Source: Octopus vulgaris
Taxonomy: Eukaryota
Length of the DNA stretch: 64,000 bases
Direction of reading: 5' to 3'
NCBI GenBank assembly: GCA_951406725.2
Contig: OX597836.1
Span: 39,432,001-39,496,000 of the forward strand
Shown here: in pieces, positions 14,235 to 26,360 of the stretch
How the letters are laid out: the number at the start of each line of letters is the position of its first letter
Numbering within the stretch: the first letter of the stretch is position 1
Notes under the pieces: generated by a model
What the model was told of the DNA's origin: nothing
The model's database searches: none
Seen by the model: the letters and a program-made list of their open reading frames with translations, nothing else
Made by a program: the position numbers and the translations under genes

Positions 14235-15570
14235 TATGTATGTTACTCGGATGCTTGAAGAAGACGGAATTGACACGAAGCGCAGCCTCTCTTGGACACA
14301 AAACCACTACATCACATCATACTTTGAAGGTTATGAGTTTGCAATCCAGGAACAGGAGATTGCCACAAAGTACCTGGTGAACAAGTGAGACAGTGACGCT
14401 CTTGTAATCCCAAGGTGCAACCGCATGAGTAGGCTGTGCCATGTTTCTGTAGCTGTTCTAAAATGTCTTCATGGTACTACTTCCCTATGCGGTACGATGT
14501 TGTTGCTAAAACAATTTACAATGCTATCCGCAAAAAAGACTATCTTAGGATCTTTTCGGTTTGGACGGCAGTTTTTTTCTAGCGGTGTCATATGAAATTG
14601 TCACCCATAATTATGACCCTAGTATCGACCTATTGCATTTCAATCTGTTTTAGAGTTAAGGTCAGTTAGAGTTAGTTAGGGTTAGTTAGTGTTAGGGTTA
14701 GGGTTGGGGGTGGGGGGAAGGGTATCTTTTTTTTCTTCACAAATGTAAATAAACCCAATCTGTTTCTTAAGCGAGGGACATATTCATACGGTACAGAATG
14801 TTTTCACCTCAATAGACTTCATTGATTGGTTGAAATTGCAGAAATTGACGGAAAAAAACCCAACAAATATCTTACAAACTATAAACTTTTCTCAATAAAG
14901 CCAAGAGAAAAAGATGCTTTATAAACACATTATTCTACCAGTATACGAAGTTTAAATGTGTTTAGTTACGTGGAAATTATTTTAAAAAACTGCCGTTCAA
15001 ACCAAAATGATCCCTATCTTGAAATAAACTTAGAAAATCCCTCAATTATAGAATACATTCATAAACATCAACTCAAGGAATACTGGGGGAACATTCCCAT
15101 CAAAACCTCTGTCAGATGTAAATATAACAGGTCGGATATTGTTGTTTGGGACAGAGGGGCAAAGGTATGTGCCGTCATAGAGGTCAGCTGCCCTGCAGGT
15201 ATAAATATCTCATTGAAAATCAAAGAAAAAGATGATATCTATGGACAACTGCTTCGAAACCTCCAGCTTCTATATCCAGGCTATGAATTCATATTCATAG
15301 CAATACTAATTGGAGCGCTAAGTTTTGTTAGTAAATGCTTAAAGGAGAATCTGGGTCAACTGGAATTTTAAGAAAGAGAAATCGACCGGCTGGTACATAC
15401 ATTACAAGGGCAATCTCTGAGTGGAACAGTAAAAATATACCAGGCTTTTCTCAAGTTCCAAATGTGAATTTGTCTGTGTTAACTACATCCTAAAGATGGA
15501 GCCACGTATCTTTGTTGGAAACCGGCTCCTTCCTCAGTGGCAGATTGATAATAATTAAAAAATAGAAGAT
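14235..15570 (+). mobile_element. Degraded RLE-type non-LTR retrotransposon 3' region, interrupted by a MITE
   Basis: RSDIVVWDR..VIEVSCP..K.KD..Y..L...ILIGAL endonuclease motifs in ORF 14958-15371, with decayed upstream sequence. Confidence 0.75.
14548..15013. mobile_element. MITE with GGATCTTTTCGGTTTG.. terminal inverted repeats and 8-bp TSD
   Basis: Inverted termini. Flanks ctatctta/ctatcttg. Internal GTTAGG-like repeats. Near-identical to 39184-39607. Confidence 0.8.
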
Positions 15571-15689
15571 ACATACATAGAAATATATATTTTGTTGAAC
15601 TCATTATTTCAATGAAATATCCACACATGCGTATATACATACACATACATGTACATACAGACACATACATATACGAAGTAATGGGGAAT

Positions 15690-16278
15690 AGAGGAGGGAG
15701 TGGTAGCTAGAGATATGAAAAGATAGGATGGGATAGTCGACATTGAAATGCACCGAAGACTTCTTATCAGTAGAATATGCTAGAAGTGACGTTTCCCCCT
15801 CAAATCTGGGACAAGTTTATGAAGAGGCTGTAACAGTTTATGAATCTGGGACAAGTTTATGAAGAGGCTGAAATAGTTTATGAATCTGGGACAAGTTTAT
15901 GAAGAGGCTGTAACAGTTTATGAATCTGGGACAAGTTTATGAAGAGGCTGAAATAGTTTATGAATCTGGGACAAGTTTATGAAGAGGTTGTAACAGAATC
16001 ATTTTTGTAAAACTCTGCTGTTGAAGCAAGGTAATCCAGGGGAGAAGATTAACCTTACAGACGTTGAAGTCATAGAGGTGGTTAAACGTTCAAATGTGAC
16101 ACGTCCGTTGGGGGGGAAATTGAAATTCGGCTTGAGATTGTTGAAAGCCTTAAGTAGAGAGGATAATCTTCGGCTGACTCGTGTATGCCACGTGGTTTCG
16201 ACGTCAAAAAAGATACCAAAGCAATGGCAATCCGAGGTGATAATCCCAATTTTTAAAACGAGAGACAAGAGGGAGAGA

Positions 16279-16336
<58 letters not shown>

Positions 16337-16513
16337 AAGACAGAGACAGAGATAGACAGACAGACATATTATAGAGGAATCTCATTGTTGAATCTCCCAG
16401 ATAAAGTCTCCGTTAGGTGTCTGGAACGGTGCTAGCGAAATTGTCGAACTCAAGCTTGATGAAGAATAACGTGACTTATGTCCTGGATGCAGCACAACGG
16501 ACCAGATACACAT

Positions 16514-16515
<2 letters not shown>
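15690..16515 (+). mobile_element. Degraded LINE RT fragment (RTE-like)
   Basis: IPKQWQSEVIIPIFK...YRGISLLN...STTDQI motifs, split by a (GA)n/(GACA)n expansion. Confidence 0.7.
15802..15997. repeat. 40-bp tandem repeat, about 5 units
   Basis: gaatctgggacaagtttatgaagaggctgtaacagtttat recurs at 40-nt spacing (15841, 15881, 15921, 15961). Confidence 0.9.
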
Positions 16516-16545
<30 letters not shown>

Positions 16546-16547
16546 TG

Positions 16548-16579
<32 letters not shown>

Positions 16580-16714
16580 ATATACAAAATTGGACAAGAA
16601 CGCAAAGCATCCAAATACACGATACAAAAAACACGGACGGGTCATTCGAAGCCTTTAATCTTTAGTCAAGGACCGGATCATCCTCGCAATTTCGGCTGGG
16701 TGCGTAATATTCTT

Positions 16715-17115
16715 TAGTTCTTGTACTTGCTGCAGTCATGTGACTGCGTCCATGTTGGCGCACCTCCTTTAATTGAAGAAATCGACCCTAGACCTGATTC
16801 TTTGTAAGACTAGTACTTTTAATATCGGTCTCTTTTGTCAAACCACAAAGTTACGGGGACGTAAACACACCAACATCGGTTCTCAAGCGATGGTGGAGGG
16901 ACAAACACAAACACAAAGTCTCACGCATAAATATAAACATAAACACACAAACGCACACTTATAAACGACAGGCTTTTTTCGGTTTCCGTTTACCAAATCC
17001 ACTCACAAGGCTTTGGTCGGCTCGAGACTATAGTAGAAGGCATACATGTCCAAGGTGCCACGCAGTGGGACTGAACCCAGAACCATAGGGCTGGGAAGCA
17101 AACTTCCTACCACAT
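16715..17115 (-). mobile_element. SINE family A copy (diverged)
   Basis: Reverse complement of 1817-2218. Confidence 0.75.
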
Positions 17116-18533
17116 AAATATATCTTGTTGGCCTCGTGGTTTTCAATAAAGCACACACACACACACACGCACACACACACACACACACACATATACAACG
17201 GTAGAAACATACATAAACATGCACATACACACACAGACACACGCATTCACATACACATACACACACGCGCGCGCGCGCACAGAGGAAGAGATGGAAAAAG
17301 AGAGAAAGATTTGTCCAAATGATTATCTTTTGATAAATATTATCGTGCATTGGTTGTAGTGAGAGTAAAAGTAGTGGTGGTCATGGTTGTGGTGGCGGCA
17401 GTGATGGTTATGGTGAGAGTGGTATTTGTGGTGGTGATGGTGGTGGTGGTGGTGATGGTGGTGATGATGGTGGTGATGGTGATGGTGGTGGTGGCGGTGG
17501 TGATGGTGGTGGTAGTGATGGTGGTGGTGGTGTTGGTAGCAGTGTTTACGGGGTGGTGCGTGTGATGGTGGTGGTGATGGTTATGCTGGTAGTTGCAGGT
17601 TGTAGTGGTGGTGGTGGTGGTGGCGGCAGTCATAGGAAATGGGGAGCGAGGTGATGGTGGTGATGGAGATGGTGGTGGTGGTGGTGGTGGCAGTGGTGAT
17701 TGGTGGCGGTGGTGGTGATGGTGGTGATGGTGGTGATGGTGGTGGTGGTGATGTTAGTTGTAGTGCTGGCGTTGGTGGCAATGATGGTGGCGGGGGCAGT
17801 GGTGATGGTGGTGGGGACGGTCCTGGTCATGGTGATGATAGTGGTGGTGATAGCGGTGGTGACAGTGCTGGAAGCGGTTGTGGCGGTGGTGGTGATGATG
17901 GTAATGGTGATGGTGATGGTGATGGTGATGGTATTGTTGGCGACGGAAGTAATGGATGCTCAATCGAACACAATTGTGTTTCTCTCTCTGTTAAGATTGA
18001 TGAAACGTTTATAAAAAACAAAATGAAACCAATATTTGTTTGTCTCAATATTTCTTCTTATCTTTTACGTTAATCTCACTAAACCAATTAGCCAAAAGAG
18101 ACAAATGTGAACGCGCGTGCGCGAACGTATCAGCTCGTGATAACAAGCGCGCGCGCGAGTATATATGTGTGTGTGTACCCGAGTGTGCGTGCGGGAACGC
18201 GATTGTTTACTTAAACGGGGAAAAATTGCAGTTTCAATAAGTGCATCCGTACGAAGCTAGGATCTTGAATAATTGATAAAAACTTTCTCAGCTGTATTAA
18301 AATTGTGTTTGCGAGTGTTTTTGATTTATATATTTATGTGTGTGTGTGTGTGTGTGTGTGTAGCTTGCTTCCCAGTCACATGATTCCGGGTTCCGTCCCA
18401 CTGAGCGGCACCTTGGACAAGTGTCTTGGGCCGCCCAAAACCTTGTGAGTGGATTTGTAGACGGTAACTGAAAGAAATCCGTCGTGTATATATATATATA
18501 TATATATATATAACTCTTTGGAATAACAATGTT

Positions 18534-18626
18534 TGCGGCTGAAGAGAGCTTTAAACCATCTTTTATATCAATTATACACTGATGTAAGAACGGATTATTT
18601 ATAAAGCTTGAAACACGTGTACCGCG
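18534..18626 (+). ncRNA. Minimal type-I hammerhead ribozyme motif
   Basis: ugcgg-CUGAAGA-GAGCUUUA..UAAAGCUU-GAAAC-ACGU-GUA-ccgcg: core intact, stems I and II pair, palindromic stem III. Confidence 0.72.
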
Positions 18627-19489
18627 ATATCCTTTGTGCTCAGTTTTTAATTTTATCAGATATATATATATGGGTGGGTTGTCTTTCTGAGTCTTACTGA
18701 GTCTCTGCTACCAAATAAGCAGATGCTGAATAAAATTTTTACCCTCGGGCACATCGATAAATATTGCCAATGATTTAAAGAACGATTTCAGGGGTAACAC
18801 CGTATAAAGTAACTTGCAGATCACATCACGACTTCGTTTGGAATCATCTGGAATCATTTAGCTTAATTTATCCTGTTGTCCATTTTGGTGAACAGAATGC
18901 AAAAACCTCTTAAATTTCATTAACATACGGATTACCATGCAGTTTACCGCCGAAAAAACGTGTAATTAAATTGTCCTAAAAAATGGAAGTAATTTACTAG
19001 AGAACCCGGAAGTGATTGGGATATGTGCTGATTTTCTTTTATCTGACCACGTGTGGCAAAACAATTTTCGAGATATTCAAAATAAGCAAATAAATAAATA
19101 AACTATTTACGAATCTCATTTAAGTATTTCAATGGCTGTTATGTTTTCCCATAAATGTGATTGTTTTCAGCTTATATAAAATATTTGTAGTTTACATGTT
19201 ATACCAAATATCTACAGTTTTCATGTTATATTAAAATATTGATAATATTTTCCCACTTGATTCACATTTGTAATAATTTTTCTATTTTACGTTTAATTGT
19301 TTACTTGCTTAGTAAATATTGCTTTCATAATTTTATCACAATCATAAGCTCTCTTTTTTAAACAAACATCACGGTAGTCCAACAACAGAGGGAGAAGCAA
19401 TTTGTCAAGTTTTACCTTCTCTTCAAAGCAACATAGAGATTTCAATTCAGCAGCCCTTCTGTTAGCTTTGCAGTGTATGTGGTGTGTGA

Positions 19490-19558
<69 letters not shown>

Positions 19559-20129
19559 ACTGCAAACAATGAATGAAATAAACATGAAATGAAAAAAGGG
19601 CATAACTACAGATGTATACATCCCCGAATTTGTTGCCTCATGACATCTAGAAAAATGGATACTTTTCAACTAAATTTTCTATAAATACCGCGTAGATGTT
19701 GTGGCTTCAAAGTATATAGGAATTTAGGAGAAAGAATTTTTCCGAGGGGGTGGAGAGAGGAGTTTCAGAAAATTCACATGATCAGACTTTTCCCCTCATA
19801 ACTTTCAGGAAGATGCATATCTGTTAACGAAAATTTATACAATATCCTTTCAAACGGCATAGATTATAATTATAAAGAAATTTGTGGGGAAATTTTTTTC
19901 AGGTATTTTCCTCATATTTTTAAACCACAGCCTTCGAAATGATGCGGTGGGGTGGGGCATCATTGTTTTGCTTTTTACATCCCCTCCCTCATCATCCCAC
20001 TCCGGACCTATTTTGGCTTTTTTTTTGCACCATGGGAACTTCCATGGTTTATATGTTTGAGCGATCAGAGCTGGCATGGGGTTAAACAACAAGAAGAACA
20101 ACAACAAAAGATACCGTCATCTCCACCAT

Positions 20130-20977
20130 CGGATCAACATCATCATCACTACCACCATCGACACCACCACCAACAACAACAACACCACGACCCCGCCAGC
20201 ACTACCACCATCGACACCACCACCACCACCATTACTATAACCAGTACCATTATCACTCCACCGTCACCACAACCACCACCACCACCAACACCATTACTAT
20301 AACCAGTACCATTATCACTCCACCGTCAGCACCACCACCACCAACAACACCATTACTATAACCAGTACCATCATCACTATCCACCGTCACCAACACCACT
20401 ACCACCACCAACACCATCAGATCATCGATGCCACCACTACCACCACTGGCGGCGGGGAAGTGGGGCTCAATTCTGATCTATGTGTAACGTGATTTTCTGT
20501 CAATGAAGAAATGCTACAGGGCCCTCTGCATTCATTTTCCCGGAGGGCCCCCATAACGCTTACTAAGACGGCCTTGACTACCACCTCAGCCACAACCACT
20601 ACCGATTATACTGCAACCACCATTCCTACCACTACCGCTACCTCTACTACCACCGCCACACCATTAACACCACAACCGATATCACCTCTGTCGCCACAAC
20701 CACCATTGCTGCCGCAGCTGCTGCTGCTGCTGCTAGCGGCTCCGCCATCATTTTATTATGTGGATGATACAAGAAAAGCAGATGAAAACATCCAAAGCAG
20801 CATCAAACTTCCTCCTCCTCCTCCTCCTCATCATCATCATCATCATCATCAACATCATCATCGTCATTATCATCATCTTCATCATAATCATTATCATCAT
20901 CGTTGTCATCATCATCATCACCATGATCATCATCATCATCATCATCATCATCATCGTCATCGTCGTCATCGTCATCG

Positions 20978-21013
<36 letters not shown>

Positions 21014-21037
21014 GCATCATCGTCGTCATCGTCATCG

Positions 21038-21078
<41 letters not shown>

Positions 21079-21712
21079 GTCGTCGTCGTCATCATCATTG
21101 TCATCCTCCTCCTCCTCCTCATCATCATCATCATCATCTTCATCATAATCATTATCATCATCATCACCTTCATTGTCATCATCGTCATCATCATCATCAT
21201 CGTCATCATCATCATCATCGTCATCATCATCATCATCGTCATCATCATCATCATCATCAATAATAACAGCAAGAATAACAAGCAAACAACAACACAAGAA
21301 CAAGAACTACCCACCCACCACTACTACTTCTACCACAGCCACCATCACCACCACCACCACTACAATCACCATTGCTACAACCACCACTGCAACAACAACA
21401 ACAATCACCACTGTAACAACAACAGCAACCACCACCGCCACCACCGCCGCCACCACTACTACCACCACCACCACTGCCACCGCCACCATCACTAGCATCA
21501 CCACCACCACAACCACCGCCACCACCACTACCATCACCACAACCACCTCCACTACTACCACCGCCGACGCCACCACTAACACCACTACTACCACCACCAC
21601 CATCACCACCACCGCCACCACCACTACCACCACCACCACTACTACCACCGCCGCCGCCGCCACCACTGCCACCACCACTGACACTACCACCACCACCACC
21701 ACCACCACCCGA
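20130..21712. repeat. Compound trinucleotide low-complexity region ((CAC)n, (CAT)n, (AAC)n)
   Basis: Direct inspection. Similar tracts at 2480-2980, 11465-11760, 17350-17940 and 36490-37085. Confidence 0.9.
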
Positions 21713-22421
21713 GTCTCTCCGCTGACAACAAAGAAGCAGTAAAAAAAGAGCCAACGGAAGCAATAATTCTACCAAACCAGACATTTTAGTAACAATGAAA
21801 GAAGAAGGAATTGTTTGTGAGAGATGAAGAAGTTCAATAGTTGAGGTAAATGTAGTTGGAGGATGATGAGGTGGGGTGGTGGGGTGGATTTATGTAGAAG
21901 GATAGAGTCAGTGGGGGGGGGGGGGGGTAGAGATTCGGTGGCGGCGCGGGTGGGGTGGTGGCATTTAATTAAATGAAAAGACGCTCTGAGAATGAGTTAA
22001 AGAGGTCAAGATCTAGGTCGTAGCCAAGATTAATCAATGCTTCCATAAAGGAAATCATACGAGTTAGCTTTTAACCTTCTTTTACGAGCTTCTGTTATTC
22101 GGCGGCGGCCATGCTGGGGCACCGCCTTGTTTGCCATCACCCCTTCCTTCCTTGTTCATATATCACCCTTTCCTTCTTTATTCGTTCATCACCCCTTCCT
22201 TTTTCATCCTTTTTCATTCGTATGTTGTGACGGAGAAAACCACAAGAATATTCCTATAGTAGATAGGGTGAACGACTACGTATAAGTTCCAAGTAAGGTT
22301 AAACAAAAACAAAAAGAAAAGGAAAAAAGTAGGCGCGGTTGCCATAACGCCATAGTGAGACTATGTCTCGAATGGAAAGTATTAGTTGTTTCAAGTGTGT
22401 TTCATCTGAAATAAATCTAAA

Positions 22422-22791
22422 CTATCACTATGACCCGGCGTTGCCGGGTCATAGTGCTAGTGCATGCATATACAGCTGCGTGCGTGCACACATGCACGCA
22501 GGTACTGTCCAAATATCCGAACAATCACATACAGCTAGCTGGCATTCAATTGGCGTATCAAGTTTCGGGCATTTTGATTCGGTTTTGGATAGAAAATTCA
22601 TAAAAATGTCACTTCTATTGATTTTTTTTAATGGCTTTGCGAGGTGACTGGGAAAATGTAAAGATATGCACGACCACCCTTGGACGGTTTTGAATGACCA
22701 TAGAAAATGCGAGCCCTCTAACTGGAAAATTGTGGATTTGTATAAAGGACACACACACAGACGGACATTTTGCCGTTTATATATAAATAGA
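22422..22791 (-). mobile_element. Non-autonomous Helitron-like element, second copy
   Basis: Highly similar to 46301-46696 including the atgacccggc..gccgggtcat hairpin. Confidence 0.7.
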
Positions 22792-22974
22792 TTATTGAGC
22801 AAGGCTATTGGTGCTTACGACTGGTGTTGTCAACTCTCTCGGAATAGTTAGATGGAGTTTCTTCACCCACGAAACGATACTTCTGACTGGAGCCCGAGGT
22901 GCAGAGGATTCCATCTGAAAATATAAAATAAATAGATAGGCAGATGCATACAAATACTCTTTCTCTCTATCTCT

Positions 22975-23010
<36 letters not shown>

Positions 23011-23154
23011 ACACACACAAACAAATACATGTATACATGCGTTCACACTTGAAACTCGGAGTACCAAGGTGTCTGAATCAAACTGTTTTGATCTATACAT
23101 GTAACTTACAACAAATGTGTTGAATGCCCTTCTTTCGTTTGCCTATTCACTCGT

Positions 23155-23195
<41 letters not shown>

Positions 23196-23228
23196 CAAAA
23201 TAAGCAACAAGAATGACTCCGGTGATTT

Positions 23229-23310
23229 GGTACGATCGTTTCGTACTACATCATTTTATTAAATGTTGAAAGTATTACAACTTTTTAAAATGTTGAGCAC
23301 TCATCAGAAT
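23229..23310 (-). ncRNA. Hammerhead core, relative of the 25311-25398 motif, with stem I disrupted
   Basis: CUGAUGA-GUGC..GUAC-GAAAC-GAUC-GUA is present, but the bases 5' of CUGA do not pair with those after the cleavage site. Confidence 0.5.
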
Positions 23311-23364
23311 TTTGGTGCATCTAAATCAAGTACCATATTCATTTGAATCTAAATTTTTGCTGAA

Positions 23365-23399
<35 letters not shown>

Positions 23400-24000
23400 T
23401 AATCAAAAGACATACTAAGTATGCTTGAAATAACAGTAAAAACTCTTATTAAATCGCCAAAAAATACACTGATGAAAACTACAGAAATCAAAGGAAGGCA
23501 AAATTTGACTGTTATTTCAAGCAGGTAGACATACTTAGTATGTCCTTTGATTAATTTTAATCCCTCGGCTATTTAATGCTACTTTTTGGCCGGCTATCAC
23601 CTGTGTCATTGATTCTGTTATTATCATTTTTAAAATAGTTACATTGGGTAATAATAGAATTAATGACGCCTTCGTAAATTAATATATGCATGTATTATGT
23701 ATATATGAATGTATGTATGTATGTATGTATGTATGTATGTATGTATGTATGTATGTATGTATGTATGTATGTATGTATGGTTAGTTGAAATTTACAAAAA
23801 ACAAAACAAAACAAAACACGAACATGGGTGTGTAAACAAAAAACAGATGTATTACTTTGGCGCTCGGGAAAGTGAGAAAGTCTTTTACGTTTCGAGCCTA
23901 TGCTCTTCAACAGAAAGGAACACGAGGAAATAAACAGAGAGAGAAAATAAAAAAAAACGTTAGTAGCTAGCGATCACTCATGGTGTGTATACACGCGCAC

Positions 24001-24077
<77 letters not shown>

Positions 24078-24642
24078 CATGCATACGAACATACATACAT
24101 AAAAGTATATATATTATCATGATAGATCGTTAGCCACTACACACATTTCTTTTCTCTCCTTGTTTTTTTTCTGTGTCCCTTTCTGTAGAAGAGCGTAGGC
24201 TCGAAATGTAAAATACTTTTTCTATTCCTGAGCGTTATACTAATACATCTGTTTGTTTTGTACACCACCTGTCTTCGTCTTTTGTTTTTTCGTATATATA
24301 TATAACAAGGATATCCAGAGGTAACGCAGTACGATCGTTTCATGCGACTTCATTTAACTGAACAACACAAACATCAGTGTGTTCAAAAAGTCTCTCCGCA
24401 GCAAGTATTTTACTGCGAAATGTGTATTTATAAGATGGTATAAAACTACGAAAAGAATATGAATTTACAAGACTTTAAAACAAAAACCTTTATGAGAGGT
24501 GTTGAATGTGTCGTCCTTCATTTTCGATATATAAGTTAACTCTTCTACACATGTTTTGAAATACACCTTGGAGAAAAAATTCACTGCGGAGAAACTTTTT
24601 GAACACCTTATATATATATATATATATATATATCTGTGTGTT

Positions 24643-24705
<63 letters not shown>

Positions 24706-25082
24706 GTGTGTAGCCACCACACACATTTTTTTCTCGCCTTGTTTCTTTCTACGTTCCTTTCTGTGGAAGAGCGTAGGCTCGAAACGTAAAAGACTTTTTC
24801 AATTCCCGAGCGTTATACTAATACATCTTTTTGTTTTCTACACCACCTGTCTTCGTCTTTTGTTTTTTTTTTCGTGAAATCTCCCTATATATATATAATA
24901 GATACCTCGTATCTAATCAATACCGACGTACTTTCATGAAACACGTGTTGTCTTATAAACGGAAAATACAGGATTCAGAATATAGTTAGTGTAAGATTTA
25001 ATTTTTAACATGTTATGGAGTGATGGGTATAAAACCTTTCAGTGTTGATTGGGTTGAAGGTGGTTCTGTCTCTAAAATTACT

Positions 25083-25165
<83 letters not shown>

Positions 25166-25310
25166 AAAGCAATTAAGATTCAAGTGAGTTCTGTTGAATT
25201 CACATGAATGCGGTACTTAACTTAGATGCACCAGAAATCTATATGGTGTTAACCATAAGATAATGCGGGGTGATTATAAATAAGAGAAAAGCAACAAGAA
25301 TGGATCAATA

Positions 25311-25398
25311 TTTCGGTACAATTGTTTCGTACGAAGACAGTTTATTAAGGCTACAAATATTGCAGTAAATATAAGTGACCCGTACTCATCAGCCGAAA
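25311..25398 (-). ncRNA. Minimal type-I hammerhead ribozyme motif
   Basis: Minus strand reads tttcgg-CUGAUGA-GUACGGG..UUCGUAC-GAAAC-AAUU-GUA-ccgaaa: complete core, 6-bp stem I, 7-bp stem II, palindromic stem III. Confidence 0.75.
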
Positions 25399-25497
25399 AA
25401 ACATCTGAGTTCTCCAAACATCTAAGGGGGTGATGTTACACTCCTGAAACATCAGGGATAGTTCTATAGTTCTATCTTGTTGCTTTTCTCTTATTAT

Positions 25498-25532
<35 letters not shown>

Positions 25533-25537
25533 TCGCT

Positions 25538-25835
25538 TGTTGTTTGTTCCTTCTCGAGCCACGCCTGGCTCATAGGGGCCGGTTTCCCGGTTTCTTTGGC
25601 GTATAGTTTGCCCACCTGAACGAGACATCGATCCGTCGCAGGTGAGCTGCAAGATGCAGGAGGAAAGTATGAGAGAAAGTTGTGACGAAAGAGTCAGCAG
25701 AAGAAGTTTGCCATTACCTTCTGCCAGAGCCACGTGTTTCGCTCATAAACACACACATCGCCTGTTCTTAGATTCGAACCCGCGATGCCTCGACCGCGAG
25801 TTGCTGCTCTAATCACTAGGCCATGTGCGTCCACT
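25538..25835 (-). mobile_element. SINE family D variant
   Basis: Similar to 33745-34040. Confidence 0.75.
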
Positions 25836-26119
25836 CCAATTTTGTTTTCTCCGTTAAATTTCGATATAATCATCATCTGCACCACATGATAAGTATTTCT
25901 TAAAATTTTCGTCAAGAAAATAACAACTTTTCTCAAACTTATGAGGAAACAAATCGGATCGTGTGAATTATACGAGGCTCCTTCAAACAAAAGATTTTCA
26001 CAACAAATTTTATGAATAGAAAATTTCATTAAAAATACACATTTTTCCGAAAGTCATGAGGAAATAAAGCCATTGAGAGACTTTTGCGTTGGTAGACAAT
26101 ATGTATGTATGTAGGTATA

Positions 26120-26360
26120 CACCATACTAATCATATCTGTCGGGCATGTGGAAGAGACTGTAATTCGACAGGAGGACTTAAACGATATGCAAAGGTACAG
26201 CAAGCCCAGTTACAACTACAGCCGGCTATTACCAGTAAAGGTTTTAGTTGCCAATTCTGTACAAGACATTGTAGATCTTTAGCTGGGTTAAAAAGTCTCA
26301 TTCGATAACAGTTAAGCTTCGTGCAATGGCCATACTCGATAAAGAGGGGGCAGCCATAAT
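26120..26360 (+). mobile_element. LINE 3' end with two degenerate C2H2-like motifs (RTE-type)
   Basis: CRACGRDCNSTGGLKRY and CQFCTRHCRSLAGLKSLIR*, then a short UTR and microsatellite tail. Confidence 0.55.

Noticed and set aside
14655-14720. TTAGGG-like repeats as an interstitial telomere (also 29590-29630 and 39290-39305)
   Set aside because: Short, degenerate and internal to dispersed transposon-like elements.
20803-21784. Asp-rich and Gly-rich ORFs resembling biomineral or structural proteins
   Set aside because: They derive from (GAT)n and (GGT)n tracts open in several frames at once, and the unique islands between them do not stitch into one frame.
24315-24345. GAAAC-GATC-GTA half motif on the minus strand, and a similar GAAAC-ACGT-GT at about 24938
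   Set aside because: No matching CUGANGA strand found nearby, so at most a truncated ribozyme remnant.
26105-26308. C2H2 zinc-finger gene
   Set aside because: Terminal His residues are missing, there are no splice sites, and the position before a short UTR and microsatellite tail fits a LINE 3' end.
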